A stretch of DNA of 64,000 bases from Burkholderiales bacterium. GTDB lineage: Bacteria > Pseudomonadota > Gammaproteobacteria > Burkholderiales > SG8-39. Position 1 is the first letter of the stretch. Each line of letters begins with the position of its first letter. Below are positions 41,138 to 50,935 of this stretch, one piece after another. The DNA lies in NCBI GenBank assembly GCA_035649175.1, contig DASRKB010000169.1, positions 55,229 through 119,228 of the forward strand, read 5' to 3'. A model generated the notes under the pieces. The model was not told the DNA's origin and searched no databases. It saw only the letters and a program-made list of their open reading frames with translations. The translations under genes and the position numbers were made by a program.

Positions 41138-43096
41138 ATGTCGGAGGAGCTTTCCGGCCTGGACACGTTTCCGAAGCTGCTGATGTACCACGCGCGCGTG
41201 CGCGGCGATCGGCCCGCCATCCGCGAGAAGGACCTGGGCATCTGGCAGACCTGGACGTGGAAGGAGTTCGCCGACGAGGCGCGCGTCCTCGCCTGCGGGC
41301 TTGCCGACCTGGGCGTCTCGCGCGGCGATCACGTCGCGCTCGTGAGCGACAACCGGCCTCGCCTGTACGCGATGATGGCCGCCGCACAGTGCCTCGGCGC
41401 GATTCCGGTGCCGCTCTACCAGGACGCGGTCGCCGCGGAGATGGCCTTCCCCATCCAGAACGCCGGAATAGCCTTCACCTTTGCCGAGGACCAGGAGCAG
41501 GTCGACAAGCTTCTCGAGGTCCTGCCGCAGTGCCCGACGCTCAGGCACATCTGCTACGACGACCCGCGGGGCATGCGCCACTACGCGGAGCCGCAACTCA
41601 TCGCCTACGACAAGCTGCGCGATGCAGGGCGCGAGTCCTACCGGCGCGATCCGGCGTTCGTGGAAGGCGAGGTGGCGCGCGGCGCCGCCGGCGACACCGC
41701 GGCCATGTTCTTCACTTCCGGCACCACCGGGGTGCCCAAGGGCGTCGTGCACACGCACAGGAGCCTCCTCGAGCCCTCGCTGACCGCCGCCCGCATGGAG
41801 CGCCTGGCCGACGGGGACGTGGTACTCGCCTATCTGCCGCCGGCGTGGATCGGCCAGAACATCTTCTCCTGCGCCCAGGCCTTTGTCACGGGCTACTGCA
41901 TCTGCTGCCCCGAGTCGGCCGAGACGGTGATGACCGACATGCGTGAGATCGGGCCAACGTACTACTTCGCGCCGCCCCGGGTGCTCGAGAACCTCCTCAC
42001 CCAGGTCTCGATCCGGATGGAGGACGCCTCGCGCGTGAAGCGCTGGGTCTACCGCAAGTTCATGAACGTCGCCGCCCGCGTCGGCGGCGCGATCCTCGAC
42101 GGCAAGAGGGTCGGGTCCTTGGAAAGAATCCTGTATTGGATTGGCGATGTGCTCGTCTACGCCCCGCTGCGCAACGTGCTGGGCATGAGCCGGGTCAAGG
42201 TCGGCTATACCGCGGGCGAGGCGATCGGCCCCGATCTCTTCAAGTTCTACCGCTCGATCGGCATCAACCTGAAGCAGCTCTACGGCTCGACCGAGACGGC
42301 GGTGTTCGTCTGCATCCAGCCCGACGGGCAGGTAAAGGCCGACACCGCCGGGCCGGCGGTGCCCGGCGTGGAGCTGAAGTTCACCCCGGAACGCGAGCTT
42401 CTCATCCGCTCCCCGGGCCTGTTTCGCGAGTACTACAAGAACCCGGAAGCGACCGGACAGGCAAAAGACGCCGAAGGGTGGTTCCATACCGGCGACGCGG
42501 GCTACTTCGACGCCGACGGCCACGTGAAGATCATCGACCGGGTGAAGGACGTCGGCAAGCTGGCCGACGGGACGCTCTTCGCGCCGAAGTACCTCGAGAA
42601 CAAGCTGAAGTTCTTCCCGTTCATCCGAGAGGCGGTGTGCTTCGGCCACGCCCGTGACAAGGTCTGCGCCTTCATCAACATCGACCCCGACGCGGTCGGC
42701 AACTGGGCCGAGAAGCGCAACATGCCCTACTCCGGGTACACCGACCTCGCGTCGCGCGACGAGGTCTACGATCTCGTGCGCGAGTGCGTCGAGCGGGTGA
42801 ATGCCGATCTTGCCGCGGAGCCGGAGATCGCGAACTCCCAGATCCAGCGCTTCCTCATGCTGCACAAGGAGCTCGATGCCGACGACGGGGAACTCACGCG
42901 CACGCGCAAGGTGCGCCGCGGCTTCATCGGCGAGAAGTACGGGTCCCTCCTCGAAGCCTTGTACAGTACCCGGAAAACCGTTCATGTGAGCGCACAGGTC
43001 CGCTACGAGGACGGCCGCACCGGCACGTATTCCGCCGACCTCAAGATCCGCGACGCGAAGACCTTCGCGCCGCAGGCCGCGAAGCGCGCGGCCTGA
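41138..43096 (+). CDS. AMP-dependent acyl-CoA synthetase (long-chain-fatty-acid-CoA ligase-like)
   Basis: GGAGGAGG RBS, the ..MFFTSGTTGVPKGV.. AMP-binding motif and ..WFHTGDAGYFD.. Confidence 0.9.
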   Translation: MSEELSGLDTFPKLLMYHARVRGDRPAIREKDLGIWQTWTWKEFADEARVLACGLADLGVSRGDHVALVSDNRPRLYAMMAAAQCLGAIPVPLYQDAVAAEMAFPIQNAGIAFTFAEDQEQVDKLLEVLPQCPTLRHICYDDPRGMRHYAEPQLIAYDKLRDAGRESYRRDPAFVEGEVARGAAGDTAAMFFTSGTTGVPKGVVHTHRSLLEPSLTAARMERLADGDVVLAYLPPAWIGQNIFSCAQAFVTGYCICCPESAETVMTDMREIGPTYYFAPPRVLENLLTQVSIRMEDASRVKRWVYRKFMNVAARVGGAILDGKRVGSLERILYWIGDVLVYAPLRNVLGMSRVKVGYTAGEAIGPDLFKFYRSIGINLKQLYGSTETAVFVCIQPDGQVKADTAGPAVPGVELKFTPERELLIRSPGLFREYYKNPEATGQAKDAEGWFHTGDAGYFDADGHVKIIDRVKDVGKLADGTLFAPKYLENKLKFFPFIREAVCFGHARDKVCAFINIDPDAVGNWAEKRNMPYSGYTDLASRDEVYDLVRECVERVNADLAAEPEIANSQIQRFLMLHKELDADDGELTRTRKVRRGFIGEKYGSLLEALYSTRKTVHVSAQVRYEDGRTGTYSADLKIRDAKTFAPQAAKRAA

Positions 43097-43100
43097 GGGC

Positions 43101-43913
43101 ATGACGGCGCCCGAGACCCACCTGCAGGCCCGCGGCGCCCGCCTCGGGAAGGTGCTGCTCTCGGTGGAGAACGTCTCGCTCGCCTTCGGCGGCGTGCGCG
43201 CGCTGCAGGACGTCTCCTTCGACGTGCTCGAGCACGAGGTGCGCGCGATCATCGGCCCCAACGGCGCCGGCAAGAGCTCGATGCTCAACGTGCTGAACGG
43301 CGTCTACCATCCGCAGCAGGGAAGAATCAAGTTCAGAGAGAGAACCTTCTCCGACATGGATCCGCACGAGGCCGCCGCCCTGGGCATCGCGCGTACCTTC
43401 CAGAACATCGCCCTTTTCCGCGGCATGAGCGTGCTCGACAACATCATGACCGGCCGCAACCTGAAGATGCGCTGCAACTTCCTGCAGCAGGCGCTGTGGA
43501 TCGGGCCGGCGCGGCGCGAGGAGATCGCGCACCGCCGCGCGGTCGAGGAGATCATCGACTTCCTCGAGATCCAGCACATCCGCAAGACGCCGGTCGGGCG
43601 CCTCGCCTACGGGCTGCAGAAGCGGGTGGAGCTCGGCCGCGCGCTCGCCGCCGAGCCTGAGCTGCTGCTCCTGGACGAGCCCATGGCGGGGATGAACCTC
43701 GAGGAAAAGCGCGACATGTGCCGCTTCGTCCTCGACGTCAACGACCACTACGGGACCACGATCGTGCTCATCGAGCACGACATGGGCGTGGTGATGGACA
43801 TCTCCGACCGCGTGGTGGTGCTCGACTACGGCCGCAAGATCGCCGACGGGACGCCGGAGGAGGTGCGCGCGAACCAGAACGTCATCGACGCGTACCTGGG
43901 CGTCGCCCACTAG
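43101..43913 (+). CDS. ABC transporter ATP-binding protein (LivG-like)
   Basis: Walker A GPNGAGKSS, Walker B LLLLDEP and the LivG-type C-terminal extension. Confidence 0.9.
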   Translation: MTAPETHLQARGARLGKVLLSVENVSLAFGGVRALQDVSFDVLEHEVRAIIGPNGAGKSSMLNVLNGVYHPQQGRIKFRERTFSDMDPHEAAALGIARTFQNIALFRGMSVLDNIMTGRNLKMRCNFLQQALWIGPARREEIAHRRAVEEIIDFLEIQHIRKTPVGRLAYGLQKRVELGRALAAEPELLLLDEPMAGMNLEEKRDMCRFVLDVNDHYGTTIVLIEHDMGVVMDISDRVVVLDYGRKIADGTPEEVRANQNVIDAYLGVAH

Positions 43914-43915
43914 CC

Positions 43916-44821
43916 ATGAGCATGGAAGTCATCTTCTTCTTCGAGGTGCTCGCGGGGGGGCTGCTTGCCGGCGTCATGTACGCGCTCGTCGCGCTGGGCT
44001 TCGTGCTGATCTACAAGGCGTCCGGGGTCTTCAACTTCGCGCAGGGCGCGATGGTCTTTTTCGCCGCGCTCACCTTCGTGTCGCTGCTCGAAATGGGTTG
44101 GAACTTCTGGCTCGCGCTCGTCGTGACGCTTGCGGTGATGGTGCTCCTCGGAGTGGCGACGGAGCGCGTGGTGCTGCGCCCCCTCGTCAACCAGCCGCAG
44201 ATTACGCTCTTCATGGCGACCATCGGCCTCACCTTCGTGCTCGAGGGGCTCTCGCAGCTCATCTGGGGTTCGCAGCCGCACGGGCTGGAACTCGGCATCC
44301 CCGACGTGCCGATGGAGTGGCTCTCGGAGAGGTGGAACGTGAACATCAGCCAGTTCGACCTCTTCGCCGCGGTCGTCGCGGGCGGACTCGTCGCCGTGCT
44401 GGCCGTCTTCTTCCACAAGACCAGGATCGGGCGCGCGCTGCGCGCGGTCGCCGACGATCACCAGGCGGCGCTCGCCGTCGGCATCCCGCTGCAGCACATC
44501 TGGGCGATCGTCTGGGCGGTCGCCGGCTTCGTCGCGCTGGTCGCCGGGCTCATGTGGGGCGTGCGGAACGGCGTGCAGTTCGCGCTCACCTTCGTCGCGC
44601 TGAAAGCGCTGCCGGTCCTGATCCTCGGCGGCTTCGAGTCGATCGCCGGGGCGATCGTCGGCGGTCTCATCATCGGCGCCTCCGAGAAGGTCGCCGAGGT
44701 CTACCTCGGCCCGATGGTCGGCGGCGGCATCGAGTCCTGGTTCGCCTACGTCGTGGCGCTGCTCTTCCTGCTGTTCCGGCCCCAGGGCCTCTTCGGCGAA
44801 AAGATCATCGACAGGGTCTAG
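43916..44821 (+). CDS. branched-chain amino acid-type ABC transporter permease (LivH-like)
   Basis: ..YALVALGFVLIYKASGVFNFAQGAM.. is typical of the LivH family. Confidence 0.9.
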   Translation: MSMEVIFFFEVLAGGLLAGVMYALVALGFVLIYKASGVFNFAQGAMVFFAALTFVSLLEMGWNFWLALVVTLAVMVLLGVATERVVLRPLVNQPQITLFMATIGLTFVLEGLSQLIWGSQPHGLELGIPDVPMEWLSERWNVNISQFDLFAAVVAGGLVAVLAVFFHKTRIGRALRAVADDHQAALAVGIPLQHIWAIVWAVAGFVALVAGLMWGVRNGVQFALTFVALKALPVLILGGFESIAGAIVGGLIIGASEKVAEVYLGPMVGGGIESWFAYVVALLFLLFRPQGLFGEKIIDRV

Positions 44822-44824
44822 CGC

Positions 44825-45901
44825 ATGCTCTATCGCGAAGCCGGGCAGTTCAAGTCGACCTACGCGCAAGACCTGGGGATCTTTCCCATCCGCCAGGACC
44901 GCGTGGCTTTCTGGCTCCTCATGCTGGTCGCATTCGTGGCCGTGCCGCTCCTGGGCGACCAGTACTGGCTGAGCGCCATCCTCACGCCGTTCCTCATCTT
45001 CGCGCTCGCCGCGCTCGGCCTGAACATCCTCACCGGTTACGCCGGCCAGCTTTCGCTGGGGACCGCCGCGTTCATGGCGGTCGGCGCGTTCATGGCCTAC
45101 AACTTCGTGCTGCGCATGCCGTGGCTCGGCGTGATCCCGAGCTTCATCCTGGCCGGCCTGTGCGCCGCGGCGGTGGGCGTGGTGTTCGGCCTGCCGAGCC
45201 TGCGCATCAAGGGCTTCTACCTCGCGGTCGCGACGCTCGCGTGCCAGTTCTTCGTGCTGTGGGTGATCCAGCGCTGGGGCTGGATCACCAACTACAGCCA
45301 GTCGGGCGTCATTACCGCGCAGGAGATCGTCATCTTCGGCTACGCGTTCACCACGCCGGCGCAGAAGTACCTCCTCACGCTCGCCATCGTGGTGGTGATG
45401 GCGCTCGCAGCCAAGAACCTGATGCGCAGCGAGACCGGGCGGGCGTTCATGGCGGTGCGCGACATGGACGTGGCGGCTTCCGTGATCGGCATCCCGATGA
45501 TGAAGACGAAGCTCCTCGCCTTCGCCATCAGCTCCTTCTATTGCGGGGTGGCGGGCGCGCTGCATGCGTTCACCTACCTCGGGACGGTGGAGCCGGAGGC
45601 CTACACCCTCGATCTCTCGTTCCGCATCCTCTTCATGATCATCATCGGGGGGGTGGGGTCGATCATGGGCTCGTTCCTGGGCGCGGCCTTCATCATCCTG
45701 TTTCCCATCTTCCTCAACATCTTCGCCGGCGGGATCTCGCACGCCCTCGGGGTGGAGATCTCGCACGCCGTGGTGTCGAACCTGGAGCTGATGATCTTCG
45801 GCGGCCTGATCATCTTCTTCCTCATCGTCGAGCCGCATGGCTTCGCCCGCCTGTGGCAGATCGCCAAGGAGAAGCTGCGGCTATGGCCATTTCCCCATTA
45901 A
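44825..45901 (+). CDS. branched-chain amino acid-type ABC transporter permease (LivM-like)
   Basis: ..LGLNILTGYAGQLSLGTAAFMAVGAF.. is typical of the LivM family. Confidence 0.9.
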   Translation: MLYREAGQFKSTYAQDLGIFPIRQDRVAFWLLMLVAFVAVPLLGDQYWLSAILTPFLIFALAALGLNILTGYAGQLSLGTAAFMAVGAFMAYNFVLRMPWLGVIPSFILAGLCAAAVGVVFGLPSLRIKGFYLAVATLACQFFVLWVIQRWGWITNYSQSGVITAQEIVIFGYAFTTPAQKYLLTLAIVVVMALAAKNLMRSETGRAFMAVRDMDVAASVIGIPMMKTKLLAFAISSFYCGVAGALHAFTYLGTVEPEAYTLDLSFRILFMIIIGGVGSIMGSFLGAAFIILFPIFLNIFAGGISHALGVEISHAVVSNLELMIFGGLIIFFLIVEPHGFARLWQIAKEKLRLWPFPH

Positions 45902-45957
45902 CAAGGCTATACTGACCATTCCGCTATTTGGAACAGTATCTTAGGAGGAGGCTTTCC

Positions 45958-47277
45958 ATGAAACGGATCATCGCGGCTGGCACTGTCGCGCTCGCCACCA
46001 CGTTCGCCGGCACCGCTGCCGCGCAGAACGAGCAGTTCGTCCCCGCCAACTTCTACTGGGTCGGGCCGTACGCGCCGGGCGGCTCGGGCTTCGGCGGCGG
46101 CATGATCGACTACTTCCAGCTGCTCAACGAGCGCGACGGCGGCATCAACGGCGTCAAGCTCACCTGGGAGAAGTGCGAGACCGAGTACCGCAACGACCGC
46201 GGCGTGGAGTGCTACGAGCGCTCGAAGAACAAGGGCCCGACCGGCGCCACGGTGATCCACCCGCTCTCGACCGGCATCACCTACTCGCTCATCGAGAAGG
46301 CCACCGCCGACAAGATCCCGGTCATCTCCATGGGCTACGGGCGCACCGACGCGGCCGACGGGCGCGTGTTCCCGTACATCTTCCCGCTCATCACGACGTA
46401 CTGGTCGCAGAACACCGCCAAGATCAAGTTCATCGGAATGAAGGAAGGCGGGATGGACAAGCTGAAGGGCAAGAAGATCGTGAACATCTATCACGACTCG
46501 GCCTACGGCAAGGAAACCATTCCCGTGCTCGACGCGCAGGCGAAGAAGTACGGCTTCCAGGTCACGCACATCGCCGTTCCGCACCCGGGCAACGAGCAGC
46601 AGTCGCAGTGGCTGCAGGTGCGCCAGATCCGGCCGGACTGGGTGATCCTGCGCGGCTGGGGCGTGATGAACCCGACGGCGCTCAAGGCCGCCGCCAAGGT
46701 CGGCTTCCCGCGCACCAAGATCGTCGGCGTATGGTGGTCGGGCGCCGAGGAAGACGTGATCCCGGCGGGAGACGCGGCCAAGGGCTACATCGCCGCGGGC
46801 TTCAACCTGCCCGGCACCAGCTTCCCGGTGATGCAGGACCTGCTCAAGCACGTGTACAAGAAGGGCAAGGGCGACCTCGAGGACACCTCGCGCGTCGGCT
46901 CGATCTACCACACGCGCGGCATCGTCGCCGGCATCATCACCACGGAAGCCATCCGCACGGCGCAGAATCGGTTCGGCAAGGGCAAGCCGATCACGGGCGA
47001 GCAGATGCGCTGGGGCATCGAGAACCTGACGATCGACGAGAAGCGGCTGAAGCAGCTCGGCGCGACCGGCCTCATGCAGCCGCTCAAGGTCTCATGCATG
47101 GACCACGAGGGCGGCGGCGCGGTGAAGTTCATCCAGTGGGACGGCAAGAAGTGGAACGTCATCACCGACTGGATCGCCTCCGACCAGTCGCTGGTGCGGC
47201 CCATGGTCGAGGCCTCGGCCGCGCAGTACGCGAAGGAGAAGGGCATCACGCCCCGCGACTGCTCGAAGGAGAAATAA
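45958..47277 (+). CDS. ABC transporter periplasmic substrate-binding protein (type I, Leu/Ile/Val-binding-protein family)
   Basis: AGGAGGAG RBS, signal peptide MKRIIAAGTVALATTFAGTAAA, 439 aa. Confidence 0.85.
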   Translation: MKRIIAAGTVALATTFAGTAAAQNEQFVPANFYWVGPYAPGGSGFGGGMIDYFQLLNERDGGINGVKLTWEKCETEYRNDRGVECYERSKNKGPTGATVIHPLSTGITYSLIEKATADKIPVISMGYGRTDAADGRVFPYIFPLITTYWSQNTAKIKFIGMKEGGMDKLKGKKIVNIYHDSAYGKETIPVLDAQAKKYGFQVTHIAVPHPGNEQQSQWLQVRQIRPDWVILRGWGVMNPTALKAAAKVGFPRTKIVGVWWSGAEEDVIPAGDAAKGYIAAGFNLPGTSFPVMQDLLKHVYKKGKGDLEDTSRVGSIYHTRGIVAGIITTEAIRTAQNRFGKGKPITGEQMRWGIENLTIDEKRLKQLGATGLMQPLKVSCMDHEGGGAVKFIQWDGKKWNVITDWIASDQSLVRPMVEASAAQYAKEKGITPRDCSKEK

Positions 47278-47326
47278 GCGCCCGGCGCAAACGGCCGCCT
47301 CCGGGCGGCCGTTTCATTTTGGTGCC

Positions 47327-48133
47327 ATGGCAACCCACGCGCATCTCGCCGTCAACAACATCGAGGTCATCTACGACCACGTGATCCTCGTGCTGCGCGG
47401 CGTCTCGCTCGAGGTGAGCGAGGGCCAGATCGTCGCGCTGCTGGGAGCGAACGGCGCGGGCAAGACCACCACGCTGAAGGCGATCTCCAACCTCCTGCGC
47501 GCCGAGCGCGGCGACGTCACCAAGGGGCAGATCCTCTACCGCGGCGAGCGCATCGACCAGCTCAACCCGTCCGAGCTCGTGAAGCGCGGCATCTGCCAGG
47601 TCATGGAGGGCCGGCACTGCTTCCAGCACCTCACGGTGGAGGAGAACCTCCTCACGGGCGCGTACACCCGCGGTGCGCTGGGCGGCGGCATTCGCGAGGA
47701 CCTCGAGAAGGTCTACGGCTACTTCCCCCGCCTCAAGGAGCGGCACCATGCCCAGGCGGGCTACACCTCCGGCGGCGAGCAGCAGATGACCGCCATCGGC
47801 CGGGCGCTCATGGCGCGCCCCCAGACGATCCTTCTCGACGAGCCCTCGATGGGCCTCGCACCCCAGCTCGTCGAGGAGATCTTCGAGATCGTCAAGGAGC
47901 TCAACCGCAGGGAGAAGGTGAGTATCCTGCTCGCCGAGCAGAACACCAACGTCGCCCTCAAGTACGCCGACTACGGCTACATCCTCGAGAACGGCCGCGT
48001 GGTGATGGACGGGGAAGCCTCGTCGCTCGCCGAGAACGAGGACGTGAAGGAGTTCTACCTCGGTTTCTCCTCCGGCGGCCGCAAGAGCTTCCGCGACGTA
48101 AAGTCCTACCGGCGCCGCAAGCGGTGGCTGTAA
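47327..48133 (+). CDS. ABC transporter ATP-binding protein (LivF-like)
   Basis: Walker A GANGAGKTT, signature TSGGEQQM and Walker B ILLDEP. Confidence 0.9.
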   Translation: MATHAHLAVNNIEVIYDHVILVLRGVSLEVSEGQIVALLGANGAGKTTTLKAISNLLRAERGDVTKGQILYRGERIDQLNPSELVKRGICQVMEGRHCFQHLTVEENLLTGAYTRGALGGGIREDLEKVYGYFPRLKERHHAQAGYTSGGEQQMTAIGRALMARPQTILLDEPSMGLAPQLVEEIFEIVKELNRREKVSILLAEQNTNVALKYADYGYILENGRVVMDGEASSLAENEDVKEFYLGFSSGGRKSFRDVKSYRRRKRWL

Positions 48134-49407
48134 GAGCGAGAAAGAGATCGGGGTCAGACCCCGAATTCTTCGACAGGCTGGAAGCGCGGCCAGCGGCGAA
48201 GCGGGAGGCTGCCCTCATGGCGGCGCTCCCTCGGCATATCGCGCACGCGAAGCGGCGCGCTGCCGGTTGGGCGAAGATCCTCCAGGGAATCGATCCGAGC
48301 AAGATCAAGTCGCGCAAGGCGCTTGCCACGCTGCCGGTCACGCGCAAGAGCGACCTGAACGGCTTGCAGAAGGACATCCCGCCGCTCGGCGGCCTGAACG
48401 CCACGCCGGTCGAAAAGCTGGCGAAGCTCTTCGTCTCTCCCGGCCCGATCTACGAGCCGGAGGGCCGGGGCAAGGACTGGTGGCGCACCGCGCGCGGTCT
48501 GTTCGCCGGCGGGTTCCGCGCCGGAGACCGCGTGGCGAACACCTTCGCCTACCACTTCACGCCGGCAGGCTCGATGCTCGAGTCGGGCGCGGCGGCGCTC
48601 GGGTGCGTGGTCGTGCCGACCGGGACCGGGCACACCGAGATCCAGGCCGCCGCGATCCGCGACCTGCGCCTGAACGCGTTCGTCGGCACGCCCTCGTTCC
48701 TCAAGCTGATCGTGGACAAGGCCGACGAGCTGAAGATCGATATCTCGTGCCTCGAGAAGGCGCAGGTTGGCGCCGAGTACCTGCCGCCGGCGCTGAGAAA
48801 GGCCATGCACGAACGCGGTATCCGCGTCTCCCAGTGCTACGCGAGCGCGGATCTCGGCCTCATGGCCTACGAGTCGCTCATGCCGGACGGGACCGTCAAC
48901 GAGGGCATGATCCTCGACGAGGGCCTCATCCTCGAGATCGTGCGGCCGGGCACCGGCGACCCGGTCGCCCCTGGCGAGGTGGGCGAAATCGTCATCACCA
49001 GCTTCAACCGGGACTATCCGCTCATCCGCTTCGGCACCGGGGACCTTTCCGCCGTGCTGCCGGGCCGCAGCCCGTGCGGGCGCACCAACACGCGCATCCG
49101 GGGCTGGATGGGCCGCGCCGACCAAAGCACCAAGGTGCGCGCCATGTTCGTCACGCCGCGCCAGGTCGAGGACGTGCGCCGCCGCCATCCCGAGATCCTC
49201 CGCGCCCGCCTCGTCGTCGAGGGCGAGGTGGGCAACGACCGCATGACGCTGAGCTGTGAGGTTTCCGGAAAACCTCCAGGCCTGAGCGAAGCGATCGTGG
49301 ACTCGATCCGCGAGGTGACGAAACTGCGGGGCGGGGTCACCCTCGTCGACCCCGGCACTTTGCCCAACGACGGCAAGGTCATAGAGGACAAGAGGAAGTA
49401 CGGCTAA
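48124..49407 (+). CDS. phenylacetate-CoA ligase (PaaK)/coenzyme F390 synthetase-like adenylate-forming enzyme
   Basis: ..EFFDRLEARPAAKREAALMAALP.. N-terminus and ..GEIVITSFNRDYPLIRFGTGDL.. The only in-frame start upstream of the conserved N-terminus is GTG 48124, so the hairpin repeat would be translated. Confidence 0.8.
   Translation: MAVRARKRSGSDPEFFDRLEARPAAKREAALMAALPRHIAHAKRRAAGWAKILQGIDPSKIKSRKALATLPVTRKSDLNGLQKDIPPLGGLNATPVEKLAKLFVSPGPIYEPEGRGKDWWRTARGLFAGGFRAGDRVANTFAYHFTPAGSMLESGAAALGCVVVPTGTGHTEIQAAAIRDLRLNAFVGTPSFLKLIVDKADELKIDISCLEKAQVGAEYLPPALRKAMHERGIRVSQCYASADLGLMAYESLMPDGTVNEGMILDEGLILEIVRPGTGDPVAPGEVGEIVITSFNRDYPLIRFGTGDLSAVLPGRSPCGRTNTRIRGWMGRADQSTKVRAMFVTPRQVEDVRRRHPEILRARLVVEGEVGNDRMTLSCEVSGKPPGLSEAIVDSIREVTKLRGGVTLVDPGTLPNDGKVIEDKRKYG
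48144..48164 (+). repeat. second copy of the hairpin repeat GAGATCGGGGTCAGACCCCGA
   Basis: Starts 11 nt after the LivF-like stop codon (TAA 48131-48133). It has the same orientation relative to transcription as the copy at 39210..39234, and a 7-bp stem with a 3-nt loop. Confidence 0.6.
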
Positions 49408-49408
49408 G

Positions 49409-49497
49409 GAAACGCCGAAGAAGCAGCGTTTCGTCGTCCCCGCGAACGCGGGGACCCATGTTCTAGAGAAAAGTTGGGCCCCCGCCTGCGCGGGGGC
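49409..49497. repeat. three consecutive GC-rich hairpins (REP-like; probable bidirectional terminator) between convergent genes
   Basis: GAAACGC-N10-GCGTTTC (49409-49432), GTCCCCGCG-AA-CGCGGGGAC (49436-49455) and GCCCCCGC-CTGC-GCGGGGGC (49478-49497). Confidence 0.55.
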
Positions 49498-49515
49498 GAC
49501 TGTTTCAGATCTTCC

Positions 49516-50133
49516 CTAGCTTTTCCGGGCCGCAGCGGCGGGTAGCGCGTCCAGCCTGCGCATCTCCTCGTTCCTAAGTACCCCGGGATCGCGGAGGAAG
49601 GCCTTCAGTAGCTCGATCGAATCCGCGCCCCAGAACACTTCCCCGTCGGCGACGAAGCTCGGCACGCCGAACACACCCCGCGCCGCCGCTTCCTCGGTGT
49701 TCTTGCGCAATACGTCCTTCACTTCCGCCAGCCGGGAGGCATCGACCTTCAGATCGGCGCAAAGCTTCGAGAAACGCGCGGGGTCGGTCGCATCCTCGCC
49801 GCGCATCCAGATCGATTCGAAAATTCGTTTGACCGCCTCCGGGCGGCTGTCGCACGCTAGGGCGAGGCGCAGGTGGTGCAGCGGGTTGAACGGGTGCGAG
49901 GCGGGGAAGCGGAAAGGAACGCCAAGCTCCTTGGCCCACCAGTGGCACCAGCGGTAGGTCCAGCGGCGCTTGGCCGGGATCTCTGCCGGGCCCTTCTGGC
50001 CGAAGTGGTTGAGCAGCCCGGCGAAAAGTACCGGCTTGTAGACGATCGGCGCGGGGATCTCGCGCAGCCGGTACAGGGCGATGTAGGAGTAGGGCGAGAC
50101 GAAATCGAAGTACCACTCAACGGAGAGAGCCAT
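49516..50133 (-). CDS. 2-hydroxychromene-2-carboxylate isomerase (DsbA-like) family protein
   Basis: MALSVEWYFDFVSPYSYIAL.. N-terminus and ..GVFGVPSFVADGEVFWGADS.. Confidence 0.85.
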   Translation of the reverse strand: MALSVEWYFDFVSPYSYIALYRLREIPAPIVYKPVLFAGLLNHFGQKGPAEIPAKRRWTYRWCHWWAKELGVPFRFPASHPFNPLHHLRLALACDSRPEAVKRIFESIWMRGEDATDPARFSKLCADLKVDASRLAEVKDVLRKNTEEAAARGVFGVPSFVADGEVFWGADSIELLKAFLRDPGVLRNEEMRRLDALPAAAARKS

Positions 50134-50935
50134 GGCGGTCCGAGTCGAAAAGAAGGGCAGGGTGTGGACGGTGATTCATTCGCGCGCCGAGGCGCGCAAC
50201 GCGATGGATCCGGAGAGCGCGGATGCCCTGGTCGCCGCGTTCAGGAAGTTCGACCAGGACCCCGATGCGGCCGTCGCGGTGCTCTGGGGCGAGGGCGGCA
50301 CGTTCTGCGCGGGGTGGGACCTGAAATACGGCGCCTCGCTCCTCAATGATCTCTCTCAAATTCATGAAATCGATTACCCATTGGAGGACCGGAAGGAGAT
50401 CCCGCGCGGGCCGCTCGGACCGACGCGCCTGGAGCTCGACAAGCCGGTGATCGCCGCGGTAGCGGGGCCGGCGGTTGCCGGCGGGTTCGAGCTTGCCCTG
50501 TGGTGCGACGTGCGCGTGATGGAGCACTCGGCCTACTTCGGCGTGTACTGCCGGCGCTGGGGCGTGCCGCTCATCGACGGCGGCACCGTGCGACTGCCGC
50601 GCATCGTCGGCGTGGGCCGGGCGATGGAGATCATCCTCACCGGCCGCAAGGTGCCCTCTGACGAGGCGCTGCGCATTGGCGCCTGCGAGCACGTCGTGCC
50701 GGACGGGACGTCGCGCGAGTTCGCCGAGGCCATGGCGCACGAGATCGCCCGCTTTCCGCAGGCTTGCACCCGCGCCGACCGGCGCTCGGTCTACGCCCAG
50801 CAAGGGCTCGGCCTGCGCGACGCGATGCGCAAGGAGTGGTACAACGGCATCCCCGCCTTCAAGGCCGAAGGCGCGGCGGGCGCTGCGCGCTTCTCATCGG
50901 GCAAGGGGCGGCACGGCAATTTCAGGGATATCTAG
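50132..50935 (+). CDS. enoyl-CoA hydratase/isomerase (crotonase) family protein
   Basis: GGAGAGAG RBS, ..RAEARNAMD.. and ..AVAGPAVAGGFELALWCD.. as the oxyanion-hole motif. Confidence 0.85.
   Translation: MAVRVEKKGRVWTVIHSRAEARNAMDPESADALVAAFRKFDQDPDAAVAVLWGEGGTFCAGWDLKYGASLLNDLSQIHEIDYPLEDRKEIPRGPLGPTRLELDKPVIAAVAGPAVAGGFELALWCDVRVMEHSAYFGVYCRRWGVPLIDGGTVRLPRIVGVGRAMEIILTGRKVPSDEALRIGACEHVVPDGTSREFAEAMAHEIARFPQACTRADRRSVYAQQGLGLRDAMRKEWYNGIPAFKAEGAAGAARFSSGKGRHGNFRDI

Noticed and set aside
41093-43288. N-terminal ~730 aa of the 1029-aa minus-strand ORF 40199..43288.
   Set aside because: Only the last 298 aa (from ATG 41092) look like a real alpha/beta hydrolase. The rest is antisense to the well-supported acyl-CoA synthetase gene and is low-complexity.
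45925-45950. Sigma-54-like TGGAAC-N5-CTTAG upstream of the ABC substrate-binding protein gene.
   Set aside because: The -12 element does not match TTGC, and GG/GC spacing alone is weak. No enhancer-binding protein gene lies nearby. More likely this is just an AT-richer intercistronic spacer with the RBS.
50470-50495. GGGTTCGAGC string resembling a tRNA T-arm.
   Set aside because: It lies inside the crotonase coding frame (..VAGGFELAL..). No acceptor or anticodon stems can be drawn around it.
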